64,000 nt of DNA from Macrostomum hystrix (Eukaryota > Animalia > Platyhelminthes), in assembly GCA_950097015.1 (NCBI GenBank), contig CATNEN010000010.1:310001-374000 (forward strand), in the 5' to 3' direction. Below the pieces are notes generated by a model that made no database searches, was not told where the DNA came from, and saw only the letters and a list, made by a program, of their open reading frames with translations. Position numbers and translations under genes: made by a program. This document shows, in pieces, positions 1 to 12,094 of the stretch (position 1 is its first letter; every line of letters starts with the position of its first letter).

Positions 1-1799
1 GCAAATCAAAGTCAAATAAGAGCGATTTCAAATTTGCAACATTTTTTTTCAGATTGGGATATTTGAACACTGTATAAAACACAGGGACTACTATAACGTT
101 TGATTTGTGCAGAGACAGCTTCAAGGACATTTCTGGAGAACATTTGATGCTATACCCCTAATTCAGCGGAACATTTTGGAAGAAAATTTTACTGGCATCG
201 GCATGTTTGCTTGTATTTCAGTAACAAAAGATTTAATACAGCAAAACGCAACAATTGGTAAACAAACAACATCAGATATCTCTCATCAATGAGTTAAAGT
301 TATTGGATGAATGGGTAATGGGTAATAAGACAACACCATGTAACAGTACAGACTAACAACGAAATGTGCAAAAACAAGACAAAGGCGGCATAAAATATGA
401 AGTGGACCTGCGTATTACGAAAGTTTAAATTAAGCACGATGCTCAAATCCGCGCTTTACGGCGCAGTTTTGTCAGCTGGCGTTAACTTGCGCCACTGGGC
501 TGTTGGGCAGTTTTGCAGCTCCGGATCAGAGTTTTAAAAAAACAATTTCAACAGACGGCGCGCTGCGGAAGCGCAAGCAGAAGAGATAAAATAGCCCGCA
601 ATTGCAGGCTGCTGAACTCGTGATGCACAGCTCAGCTAGTGCGAGGTAAAGCTGGCGCAGCATTAAATGTTTTCCATAAATTTCGTTAAAGCTTCTCGAG
701 AAAAATGAACTTCAGAAAGTAAAAGAGGGATAAGTTCCGAAAAATGGTAAAAGTTATGACATTCTTTGAGCGAATTTGAGACCAGAAGGAAACTTTGGTC
801 GGACTCATTCGTGAATAATAAGTCTTCGCTTTATTTTCGCTTTTTTTACCATGAAGGACAACAGAAACCAATAAGAAATAAAATTAGCATATATCTTGGC
901 CTTCAGATTATTTAATGAAAACTTTCTACGTAATTCTCGTAATACACTACTTTATTGAAGTATCATCAGTAATACACTAATACTTTATTGAAAAGTGACT
1001 GTAAAACTGAGATTTTCACTAGATAGCTTTTGACTAGTTTTTGTGCTTCATGATAAAGAAACTAAATTACAATGAAGATCAATTATTCACGAATGAAGTT
1101 TTATAAAATTCGTCGAAGCAACATGTTTTTGCTAGATATTAAATATTAAATATTAAAAGAACAGCATTGTATCTGCTTCCAGATACAACATTTATGTGTG
1201 AAAAAAAGTGAAAAGTTCCTATCTCGCTTGTGAATTTTTTCGTGAAAAGCAGCCTTTAATACATTTTCCAAGAAACGAAGTGTCCCGTCCTTCTCATTCT
1301 AGTGGTCCTTGAGTGCATCTTGCGGAGTTGACCAGTGGCCATGTCTTGGCTTGTAACTAAGTTTCTGGCGCGTTGTGATTGGCTGTTAACTTTTTTTCGC
1401 TTGCTCTCTTTTCTATCCTTTCTATCCACCCGACCGCGCGCCTCGTCTCGCTGCCCGCTACCGGGCTTAATTGTACGCACGCTCTCAGCACCTCTTATAT
1501 CTCAGCACCCGCCACCCCAAAAATTCAAATCAATAAATCAGCTAGAACAACTAGGCCTAGGACAAGGCCTCGTGTGACGCCTGTTTTTGTCATAGTACTG
1601 CTTAAAAAGCATTGAATTAAAAAAACTAGAGAACTAGCCGCTGACTCATCATTTGAACCACCCCATCGAATCGACATCGATGATCCGTTCTAAATTGTTG
1701 TACTTTTCTAATTAGAATCTAATCAAACATTTTTGAGCGGGGCATGTTTGATTATGTACACGTGAAGGCATTCAATAAATTATCTGATTTAATTTGCTC

Positions 1800-4431
1800 T
1801 CAAAGTTCGTGATGTTCCCATCGGCGCCCCTCTTGAAGCTTGCGGCCTCTCTTCGATGCCAAGAAGTAGCGCGCTTCCACGTCACTTTCTACCGTCCGGT
1901 CGATGCCAAGCAGGTGCTGTGTTGCGCCAGCCAGGTTGCCCAACTGTCCAACAAACTCTGCCCCTTCCTCGGGTCCAACGGCCACGGCGACGCGTTTCTT
2001 CATCGCCCAGTGCAAGATGGCGGCTCGAACGGGCAGCCGAGCCTCTTCGGCAGCCGCTACAATTCGGGCATCGGATTGGAGCTCGTCTGCATGCGGCCCT
2101 CCAGTGGCCTCGTCCGCCAGAAGAACAACCGAGTGCCTGTGACACCAGCGACGCAGCATTTGGTGCCGGTGGTGTGGATTGAATGCAGCCTGCGCGACCG
2201 TCAGGAAATTAACATTGCCTGCAGCACGGCGCATGGAGTAGGCGTTGTGCATGTTGATCCTGCCCTTTGCGGCACTGACAGGCTCTCCAGGCTCGATCTT
2301 CTTCCTCTTCTTCGCGGGATCAGCCTTAGTCTTGATTTTAATTTTTGCATCCTCTGCGGTCACTTTGGGCTTTTCGCCTTTTCGTGCGAATTTCAACAGG
2401 GTGCTGCAGCCAGGCCGACCTGGGAAGTCGAGGCACTCAGGCGTGGACAGGCGGTGCAGCTGGCGCACGGCAGGCAGCGGGTAGTTGCGGAGGCCCAGGT
2501 TCAGGATGCGCTTCTTCTTGGCCAGGCGCAGCAGGGTGCGCCAGTTGCGCAGGAAGGCCGGCGTGAGCCGGTTGCGTCCACAGGCGAGCCGGTCACGCTG
2601 GGAGTGGCCGCAGGGCCGGCCGGACACCAGCACCAGGTCGAGGTAGCTGGTGCCCAGCAGCTGGAGGAGTCGCAGGAAGCGCGGCCCGGTGAACCTCTCG
2701 GCTGAGTGACGCAGGCTCAGGCCGATGAACAGGCGCCGCCGAATGGCCGGGTCGCCGGTTGAGAAGACCTCGGCGAAGCGAGTCAGCAGAGCTTCGTCCT
2801 CAGCCGGCAGAATGACAGCGCGAAGCTTGGATGTCGCATCGAACGCTTTCGGCAGCTGGTGATCAGGTCCGTGCTGGTCTGGGTACTGAAGGATCACGGA
2901 TGGAACTGTGGGAAGAATCAGAATCTTCAGTGGATGATTCAGCCAGCACTCGCAATGTAGACAAACTAACCATCCCGAGGATGGTCTCTGCCGTACCACA
3001 TGTACTGTATGCAATTTCACAGATTTTTTTTGACTCCGGGGGAGCTTTGCGGATTTAAATTAAACAGCCTGAATAATCTAATTTTGCTCGTCGAACTGGA
3101 CTGAAGTTCGGCATAACCGACTTGCAGCTTTCTGGGGCCGGGTTTTAGATTAGAAAACTCAAGTCAATCTAAAAAAGCTAATCTGGTCTCCAAGAAAACT
3201 CCCAGATCCCATGATTTTCCTTGCGATGGTGATAGGAGTCGGAATTCAAAAATTTCTGAGAGTTTGACAGGTTCTTTCAAGATAGGTGTCCAACCAGTCA
3301 CATCTTACACTCACCGGCGCCTCACTCACTGGCCCCGTCCATTCACTCACTGGCCCCATCCATTAACTCACTGGCCACATCCATTCACTCACTGGCCCCA
3401 TCCATTCACTCACTGGCCCCATCCATTCACTCACTGGAGCCTCACTCACTGGCCCCATCCGTTCACTCACTGGCCCCATCCATTAACTCACTGGCCCCAT
3501 CCATTCACTCACTGGCCCCATCCATTCACTCACTGGCCCCATCCATTCACTCACTGGCCCCATCCATTCACTCACTGGCCCCATCCATTCACTCACTGGA
3601 GCCTCACTCACTGGCCCCATCCATTCACTCACTGGCCCCATCCATTCACTCACTGGCCCCATCCATTAACTCACTGGCCCCATCCATTCACTCACTGGCC
3701 CCATCCATTCACTCACTGGCCCCATCCATTCACTCACTGGCCCCATCCATTAACTCACTGGCCCCATCCATTCACTCACTGGCCCCATCCATTCACTCAC
3801 TGGAGCCTCACTCACTGGCCCCATCCGTTCACTCACTGGCCCCGTCCATTCACTCACTGACCCCATCCATTCACTCACTGGCCCCATCCATTAACTCACT
3901 GGCCCCATCCATTCACTCACTGGAGCCTCACTCACTGGCCCTATCCGTTCACTCACTGGCCCCATCCATTAACTCACTGGCCCCATCCGTTCACTCACTG
4001 GCCCCATCCGTTCACTCACTGGCCCCATCCATTCACTCACTGGCCCCATCCATTCACTCACTGGCCCCATCCATTCACTCACTGGCCCCATCCGTTCACT
4101 CACTGGCCCCATCCATTCACTCACTGGCCCCATCCATTCACTCACTGGCCCCATCCATTCACTCACTGGCCCCATCCATTCACTCACTGGCCCCATCCGT
4201 TCACTCACTGGCCCCATCCATTCACTCACTGGCCCCATCCGTTCACTCACTGATTCGGTTGCGGCGAACGCAGAAGGCATGGTCGCTGAGGAACTGGCTG
4301 CCGGTCCGTCCGGCCTCTCCGCCCCTGTAGATCGCAGCCAGCAGGCCGTGACTGCAACCGAGGAGACTAGCTAGCAGCATCAGCAGCAGCAGCCTCGGCC
4401 TGAGAGCTCGAGCAAAACTCACCTGACTCAT
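1800..4431 (-). CDS. Aldo-keto reductase (AKR)-fold protein, probably catalytically dead, with N-terminal signal-peptide-like exon. Model: exon1 4431-4251, exon2 2905-1800, about 428 aa
   Basis: ORF 1800..3020 carries AKR hallmarks in order: RRRLFIGLSL (cf. REELFIVSKL), LGTSYLDLVLVSGRP (cf. LKLDYLDLYLIHWP), NWRTLLRLAKKKRILNLGLRNY (cf. [22 protein letters not shown]), VAQAAFNPHHRHQMLRRWCHRHSVVLLA (cf. [28 protein letters not shown]), DARIVAAAEEARLPVRAAILHWAMKK. A phase-1 donor A|GTGAGT at 4251/4250 matches a phase-1 acceptor ttcttcccacAG|TT at 2906/2905, and the join reads RRNRIIPSVIL, resembling the AKR N-terminal NG..MP.LGL. The AKR fold is well supported; the exon 1 link is inferred. Confidence 0.7.
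3322..4251. repeat. 21-bp minisatellite (ccccatccattcactcactgg), about 44 copies, in the AKR-like intron
   Basis: Direct reading. It explains the THWPHPF and MGPVSEW repeat ORFs. On the minus strand each unit contains CA|GTGAGT. Confidence 0.97.
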
Positions 4432-4480
4432 CGTTATTGCCTTGCACGTGGCGCGCACTCGGACTCGCACCTTCCTGCGC

Positions 4481-4490
4481 AATTTAAATA
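4481..4490 (-). promoter_or_regulatory. TATA-like element upstream of the AKR-like exon 1
   Basis: Minus strand reads TATTTAAATT about 50 nt upstream of the ATG at 4431. Confidence 0.3.
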
Positions 4491-5728
4491 GGAGCCCAGC
4501 CCGTCTGTTTTTGTTAAGACCTTGGGGTGGTGGGCACTCGGAGGGCGGCCCTAGTGGCCTCAAGCCATTCAACTCGTGAGTTAAGAGTAGACAATAGACA
4601 ATTCAAGTGACGAGAGTTGCTGGCGTTCAGCACGCTGCAGCCTGTTCTCAGTCAGGCAAGAATGCAGATCTGCAGTGGGAAAGTGAGCATGCGTGCGTGC
4701 TCTCCAGGTGGGATCTCTGAGCCCTGTGACTTCATCAGAGTTTAATAATTGCTGCAGCGAATGCATTAAAGGGGTTCGCCGGTGCGCTCCAATTTCGGAC
4801 GGATGGGAAACCGAGACGCGGGGCGTTCAGGCGAGGATTGCGGGGTGTCCCTTGAGGATTTCAATGCGTGGGACAATCAACAGGAAGCTGCTGGTAATCT
4901 TGAAACCTATTCGTTTAATCCTCACAACCTCAAGACTGACGGATTCTCACAAACAGTCATCGAAGTCCCACAGCTTGCATGATTTTCAACACGGCTCATG
5001 GGTGAGATGGCAAAATAACCTTCTCTTTAAGGAGTTTGTTGATTCTCTATAGGATTGAAGAAGTCTGAGAAGTTCTGAGTCCGTCGTCTCACTTAAACCA
5101 AACGCTTGAGCCCATCACTAAATGTACCAAGAAGCCCATGCTGCATTTAGGCGGTGACAAACCGACACGTTGCACTTTCCTGGGACAAAGCATTCTTCGC
5201 TTAAGTAGCTTTCTTGACGACTGCGGGTTGCCGCAGCAGTTTTGTGCCCAGCTAGGAATTGGGAGCATCAGTCTGCCATTGCTGTGGTCAGCTATAAAGG
5301 GCGCGGCTGGCAGCGGCTTCACCCGCTCCTCCAATAGCAGTGATTTATTGATGCTGCTTTTTGGCCGGAACGGGTGGCAAATTCGTTAATTGGCAGACGA
5401 AAGTGGACAGACGCAGCGCGATTGGCTGAACAGCCGAGAACCAGTGCCCTGGGATCAGCACGGTGCGAGCAGGCAGTGAAGAGCTGAGCAAAGAGCCTCT
5501 GCAGATGAGAGGCCAGTCTGAGTCCTTGTTAGCCCGCGAAAGCGAAAGCTCTCCATCTGTGGTAAGTGACTCAATGTGTTTTTTCAGGTAATTCCAGATC
5601 AGGAGGGAGCCTGTATTTCTACTCACGAATTGCTTAAATCGCTACCAACAGCATAAATATGAGCCCCGATCAATCACTCTCTCTGGTCAAAGCCACCGAT
5701 GATGCAACTGAGAATTCCGCGAACTCCC

Positions 5729-5978
5729 GAGAACACTGATATTGGGAACACTGATATTGAGAACACTGATATTTAGAACACTGATATTGAGAACACTGAT
5801 ATTGAGAACACTGATATTGAGAACACTGATATTGAGAACACCGATATTGAGAACACTTGATATTGAGAACACTGATATTGAGAACACTGATATTGAGAAC
5901 ACTGATATTGAGAACACTGATATTGAGAACACTGATATTGAGAACACTGATATTGAGAACACTTGATATTGAGAACAC
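5729..5978. repeat. 15-bp minisatellite (gagaacactgatatt)
   Basis: Direct reading; produces the ENTDI and LRTLI repeat ORFs. Confidence 0.97.
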
Positions 5979-6565
5979 CGGGTGGAGCCTTCGGGGGGGC
6001 GCAAGTTGCACGAGTTTAAACCCTGTAGGACGAAAGTCCTTCACCGCCATTCATTAGCTAGGTGTGAGTCCCAGCTAATTAATGATTAATGCGCCAGTCC
6101 GATGGAGTGGCTACAAGTGTCGAAACTCATGTCCTGAAGGCGTTGCCGCATTGGTTGCACGCTGAGGCGGGGAAGCTGTGAAATCTAAACTAACAAAAGT
6201 ATTCCGGTCCGGCCCCAGCACAACCACTTGCTCCCTGCTCAGTGCGGTGGTGCCTTCACCAAATAATTCATGCCTCCGCTGGCTGAGCGAGCGCCGGCCT
6301 GATGGGGCGGGCAAGTTGAAGCCATTGTAGAGGATTAGCAGGGGATTAGAAAAAAGCAAAACTGAAATAGAGAGCAACATTTGAGCCGCATTGGAATGTC
6401 AACAGAACTTTCAGATTTGACACAGATGTCAAAGGCTGATAGCTGAAAATGGAAAATCTTCATCGATGGATGCCAAGGAGCCAGTTAAATGCGGTTTGAA
6501 CAGCCCGCACAAGTTAGTTAATCTTTACGCAGCGTTTAAAAAAACTGAATTTTAGAAACTGTTGC

Positions 6566-7010
6566 TGAGTCTCGGTGCCCATGAGTCCTGAGTCTCGGTG
6601 CACATGAGTCCTGAGTCTCGGTGCCCATGAGTCCTGAGTCTCGGTGCCCATGAGTCCTGAGTCTCGGTGCCCATGAGTCCTGAGTCTCGGTGCCCATGAG
6701 TCCTGAGTCTCGGTGCCCATGAGTCCTGAGTCTCGGTGCCCATGAGTCCTGAGTCTCGGTGCCCATGAGTCCTGAGTCTCGGTGCCCATGAGTCCTGAGT
6801 CTCGGTGCCCATGAGTCCTGAGTCTCGGTGCCCATGAGTCCTGAGTCTCGGTGCCCATGAGTCCTAATCGAGTCTCGGTGCCCATGAGTCCTGAGTCTCG
6901 GTGCCCATGAGTCCTGAGTCTCGGTGCCCATGAGTCCTGAGTCTCGGTGCCCATGAGTCCTGAGTCTCGGTGCCCATGAGTCCTGAGTCTCGGTGCCCAA
7001 GATGAGTCCT
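6566..7010. repeat. 23-bp minisatellite (tgagtctcggtgcccatgagtcc)
   Basis: Direct reading, about 19 copies, ending about 30 nt before an acceptor-like ttttAG at 7041-7042. Confidence 0.97.
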
Positions 7011-7083
7011 GTTGAAATGCACAAATGCCCTCCTCATTTTAGATCGAAGAATCGAAGCAAAGTCAGAGGCGCCAATAGTCCCC

Positions 7084-9047
7084 ATGTCGACGTCTTGCCA
7101 GTGCTACGAGGAGCACTTCCGGGAGTCTTCCATGTACTGCTGTCGTTGCTCTGAGTATCGAGCCATGGCAGCTGCGGCAACTGCAGCAGTCGTGGACACA
7201 GCTGACACAACCGATTCATGCCATTGCTCTCCGAGCCATGTCGCCAAGCTGCCGTTGCAGCGATTTCCATCGACCCCAATCGGCTCCTCCGCAACATCGA
7301 CAATTGTGGGCTCATTGCCAAGTAGCTGCGGCGGTGGCAGCTCCACGCAACGATGGCGGCGTCAAGTGACCCGCGGCAACGGTGGCGGCAGCTGCGGCAA
7401 CTCCTACGTGCTCTTGCCGATGGGGCTGCCGACCGTTGCCTGCTCCCACGCCAACCGACAGCTCCCAGACGAGGCGCGGTGCTCGGTGAGTCCCCTAGTC
7501 CTAACTATCATCCACTTCGCAATGGAATTCATTTGAGTACGATTGGTTGTCGCCTTTCGATTATAAGCTGTATTTATAGGAATAATTGCAAGTTTAATTG
7601 TTCAGGAAGGGTAGAAAACGAATATATGTCGAGCGTTGCTGAGCAAGATTTTATCTAAACTCAACGCACTCAACCCTTATAGACACCTCTGGTTCTTCAC
7701 AACCCGGACGCAGCCGTCTCGGCCACCTCCTCAACCGCTGCGTCATCCACGGTGCCAGGCATGCAGCTTCAATGCTCTTTCAGTCAGACTGCGGTGGAGA
7801 CTGAAATCGCAGAAGACTTCACAAGCCGACGTGACGTTCGACGTCGTCGAGGCTCCCGAGGCGGTGCGTCGACAACCAACGCCTGCTGGCCTCTGGTGGG
7901 CCTGAGTGTCGGCCTGTGCTGCGTGGCTGGCTCGCTCCTGGCGTTGGGGGCCGTCCTGCTGGGCATGCACCTGGCGGCCAGCACCAGGGCGGCTGTTGCC
8001 GCCAGGCCCACATTGGCAGCCGCCTCCGCAGCCACCTCCGAGGCAGCCGGATCGTCGAACGATCTGGCTGAATCATACTCGCTCGAGCGGCAGCAACTCG
8101 ACGAGCGGCTACGCAATTTCGCCAACGTCAGTGCTGATCCTTGCCAGGACTTCCATGCCTTCGCCTGCGGCCGTCTTGGTAAGCGCAGCCTCTCAAGAAT
8201 GGCTGCTGCAGCCGCTAGAGAGGCAAGCTCAACTCTTCAGCCAGAGGCGCCGACCTGGGTAATGCAAGCCCGCCTCTCCAGCGTCTTTGAGGCCGTGTCT
8301 AGCCGGCTGGCAGCTGCAGCGCACGCTTCGACCCGGCTGAGCAGCCACACCCGTCTGGCCATACTGGCTCGACTAGCAAGCCTTCGCCTCATCGTCCAGC
8401 CGCCTGAGACACAAGCGAGCACCGGCAGCCACAGCCCAGATCATGAGTGCTCCGCTCACAACTGCGGTCCGGCTGTTTCAGCCACGTGCATCTGCTTTCG
8501 GCCTGCAGATGCCTCCGTGCTGGTGCCCCTGACTGTCCTGCAGCCACCTCTGCTGCACCGCAGCTACCCTCCGGAAGTCGTGCTTTCCTTCGCCGGCGCG
8601 CGCATTGCTGAGTCTCTGTTCGCCGGCGCCATCGAGCCATCGACCAACCTGCACAGCGTGTACTCCACCAAGAGCGCTCAAATGGCCGAGGAGGCATTCC
8701 GCTGCTTCGCCGGCCTCCTGCCACCAGGCAGCCCTGCCAGCCTCACTGGTGCTTTGGTGGCACGCCGGGCCGGACTTCTGGCCGCCCTGGCCGTGCTGGG
8801 CGATGGGACTTCGAAGTCAACTGGCGCTTTCTCGGACCCTTCGGCCTCACCATCCGGCCTGGACGGTGGACTGCGGCTGTTCTTCGCCAACTGGGCGCAG
8901 TCGCAGTGCTCGCATGGTACCTCTGGCGTACTTTCCGCCGAACGGGAGGTGTTGAACGCGGCAGTGGTCGGCCTGGCCGAGTTCAGAAGTGCTTTTGGTT
9001 GCCCTCGTTGGAGCGGCCAGCAGGCAGAGCTGTGCCAGTTCCCCTGA
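7084..9047 (+). CDS. Neprilysin/ECE (peptidase M13)-like type II membrane protein, truncated and lacking the zinc site. Exons 7084-7485 and 7683-9047, about 588 aa
   Basis: Phase-0 donor TCG|GTGAGT (7485/7486) and phase-0 acceptor ccttatAG|ACA (7682/7683). TM segment WPLVGLSVGLCCVAGSLLALGAVLLGM, then NVSADPCQDFHAFACG (M13 DPCxDFYxxACG), LFFANWAQSQC (LFFxxxAQxWC) and VLNAAVVGLAEFRSAFGCP (RVxGxLxNxxEFxxAFxC). The start codon is uncertain. Confidence 0.8.
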
Positions 9048-12000
9048 CCTGAGTCAGAGTCATGTTTTGGCATGCCGAGAGTGCAACCTATGAGCAAGTT
9101 TAGTGTTTTGCGGCATCCCGGCATGAAAATTCTTGACTTCATTCAGAGCCTCACGGAAACTCTTGCCGGCAGATTTGTCACGTGAGCAAGACCGAATTTT
9201 GTACCCTTTGCCAGCAAGCACCATTCGCAGCACGTTGTTAATTTTTTGTTATTTAAATATACACGAGAGCCCTGCATTTAATTAGCAATCCAATATGGTT
9301 CAGTTGATCGATTAAAGCGCTTCACTGAATGACTTGCGATATGATTCTCCCCCCAGCCCATGTTACTACTCAGAGCAAAATCAATTGCACAAATGGACAT
9401 CACGACGTTTGCGAGCAAAGCATTATTGTGAGCTCGTCCTTGAAACCTTCATTCGTGCTCGTGCTACCTACAGCCCTTCAATTGGCAGGTTAAAGATACC
9501 TATTACAGGTGAAGCTATAATATCAATTCGTATCTATTAGATAGCTGGTGACGATACTGGTGACTACGTGCAACGAACTGCCTTCCCTGCAGAGGACGAT
9601 GTGGATGCGGATGTGACTGACGGCCACAAAGATCTGCGTCGTTTCTGCGGGATTCCCTGAATACGAAGTAATAAAAACAATGGCAGGGGGGCTGCGGGCA
9701 ATGGCACATCATTTGGTGACGTCACTAGACCCTCAGCCTGCGAGGAGGCAATTCTGCCCACTTCGCTGGCTCCTGAAAACAGACGCACGCAGAATTCCGT
9801 ACGCAGGCACACACTCACACTGGTGTGTACATCTGCCCTGAATTTCTCATCCTCAGGCAGTGTACACTTTCCTGTGCCTTGGAGGTTGGCCCTCAAGGGC
9901 ATAAATTGCACGACAAGCCCCCAAGCCTTCTCTCGGCGGCTGCAAGCACCAATGAATGCGGCCTCGCCGCGTAATCCTGCTCAAGGAACTTGGTAGAGAA
10001 GCAAACAACTCACCCACAGGCCACCTTTCGATTTGTTAGTGCCCAAGAGGGTGGAGACCATGCATTGTTGCAGAACCTGGACGCTAGAAAATTCCCTCAA
10101 GGAACAATTCAACAGGGTGCGTGCTGGACTTCCTCTCGCAACCTTCGAGCTCGGGATTGAGGAGCGCCATCGATCGGCACGCCAGCATGCCGTGGCTCTA
10201 ATTGGTCGCAGCCTGGGTGACTCGATTGTTACATGCTGTTGTGTCCATAGCACCATCACGCAGGGGTATTTTCCTACCTCTTAGAAACAAGTTGAAGGTG
10301 AGCTTCTGAAATGACGAAGGCTATTCTATACGCTGTCCATCATACTTCAGGTGTCACTTTTAGCCAGCTGAGAGGGACTCCGAGTTCTCTGAGCCCGAGA
10401 GCCTGCTTGAGCTCAGCATTGAATTCGAGTCGCATCGAATGCAACAAATCAATGCATTAATTAATTGATACTGTTTGAAATTGTCTGGCATTTATCCCAG
10501 TTCTGAGCGGCTGACTGGGGATCAATGCCGACCACGGCGTCGGATTCAACCCCGCGGTTGCGTGATGCGACAGCGCCTGAGATGGACAACTCGGTGGAAG
10601 GACTTGGAATGTGAATGAACGTCCTGACATTTTATTCAATCGACAACGGTCCAAAGCAAAGAAAAGCCACTTAACATCTAGATAAGTTGTTCATCAGCAC
10701 GCAAATTAATGGAAAGTACTTTACCGAGCTATGCAATGCAAAAAATCATGCAAGGCCTTTAACTTTTGTTGATGGAACAAAATGCTGCTCTTTTAAACAA
10801 AAAATGTATGTATAAAATTACATGAGCTGTATACCCATCGTTAAATATCCATTATAGTTCTATTTTTTCAAGTCCTAAGATACTTGTACTCGTAGTTAAC
10901 CTCAACGCTATACCATAGCTATAAGTGTTATAAAAAACAGGACTAAGATTGAGCAACACATTAGTGTCGTTGTCATTGTGTCATTGTGTGTTGTCATTGT
11001 GAGACCAAGCTATATTAATCCCGTACAGCACACTGATTTATCCATCGAGTCTCAATCAAACGGTATTTTAGGATAATCAAGCCGACTTCTCTTGGCCTGA
11101 AAATTGCGCTATATGCATAGACTACTAACACAAGCGCAGAGAAAGTTTTATGAGCAAAGTGGCATCGAGAAATAGACTTGCATAGCCAATAATTATTACA
11201 GTGCAAACACACAAAAAGCCCAAGCTCTGAAACACTATCACGCTATGGGTGGGGATTTTGAATTCATCGCTTTTCTAATTGCCTTTCTGAGGAGCTCAAC
11301 AAATAAATAAAGTGGACTGATGGAACCACACTTGAGGAATGGAAAGTAGCATATATGAGGTTGCAGGCTTCAAGATTGAAGTCAGAGCATTCCAGGAGTG
11401 TAACATATTATGCTTGATTGTTGTTATGAGTTAACTTTTGTTGTCATGAATATTGAAAAAGCTGATGAGGCTATTAATTAGGTTAGTGATCGATTATAGT
11501 CGCGAGAAAGGGGATCATTTTGATTACATATTTTTTGTACTTATCTTTGTCTATAGATTCAGGAGAGAAAAGGGTTAAAATACGAGTAAGAGATGAACTA
11601 TGACTATAATTATCTCGTATGAAATGCTTGAAATTTAGAAATCTCACTATATTGTACTACAGAACAGTTAATAATATCCTATATTGATACTATTACTGTG
11701 TTAAACTAAACAAAGTCATATAGCTTGTATATGTATAGACAAGAGGGTATAAGCTGTCAATTATATTGAACGCTGGGGTTATATTTAATATTTAAATTGA
11801 TCAAAAGAAAAAACACATATTTCAGAACTGTGTAGAACAAATCGTGTTTCATATACGTTAGATAATGCATAAGTTGGATGAAATGACTTCTCGTATTCTA
11901 GTCCTCTGTCAAAAAAGACTAAGCGTATTCCGGGTTTTATGGCACGAAATTACGACTATTCCCACGGTAGTTGTTATTAAGAAGGGCGCCCTTACAAACG

Positions 12001-12008
12001 TATAAAAA
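12001..12008 (+). promoter_or_regulatory. TATA box of the Na+/K+-ATPase alpha gene
   Basis: TATAAAAA about 95 nt upstream of a strong-context caccATGG at 12095. Confidence 0.5.
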
Positions 12009-12094
12009 CAAATCGGTCCCGATTGTCCACCTCTACTGGGTTACACGTAGAACTGCAAAGTAAAGGTTTAACCAGACTTGTCCGTCTCAGCACC

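Noticed and set aside
1800-2905. Glutamate-cysteine ligase modifier subunit (GCLM)
   Set aside because: The GCLM-type CCVMPP..LLTHND segment is absent; the region follows the ordinary AKR pattern instead.
4600-5680. Short ORFs suggesting a retroelement or extra exons
   Set aside because: No RT, endonuclease, integrase or other motif could be recognised, and there are stops in all frames.
9500-10300. ORFs 9564..9911, 9981..10259 and 10033..10284
   Set aside because: No homology recognisable by eye and no consistent splice model.
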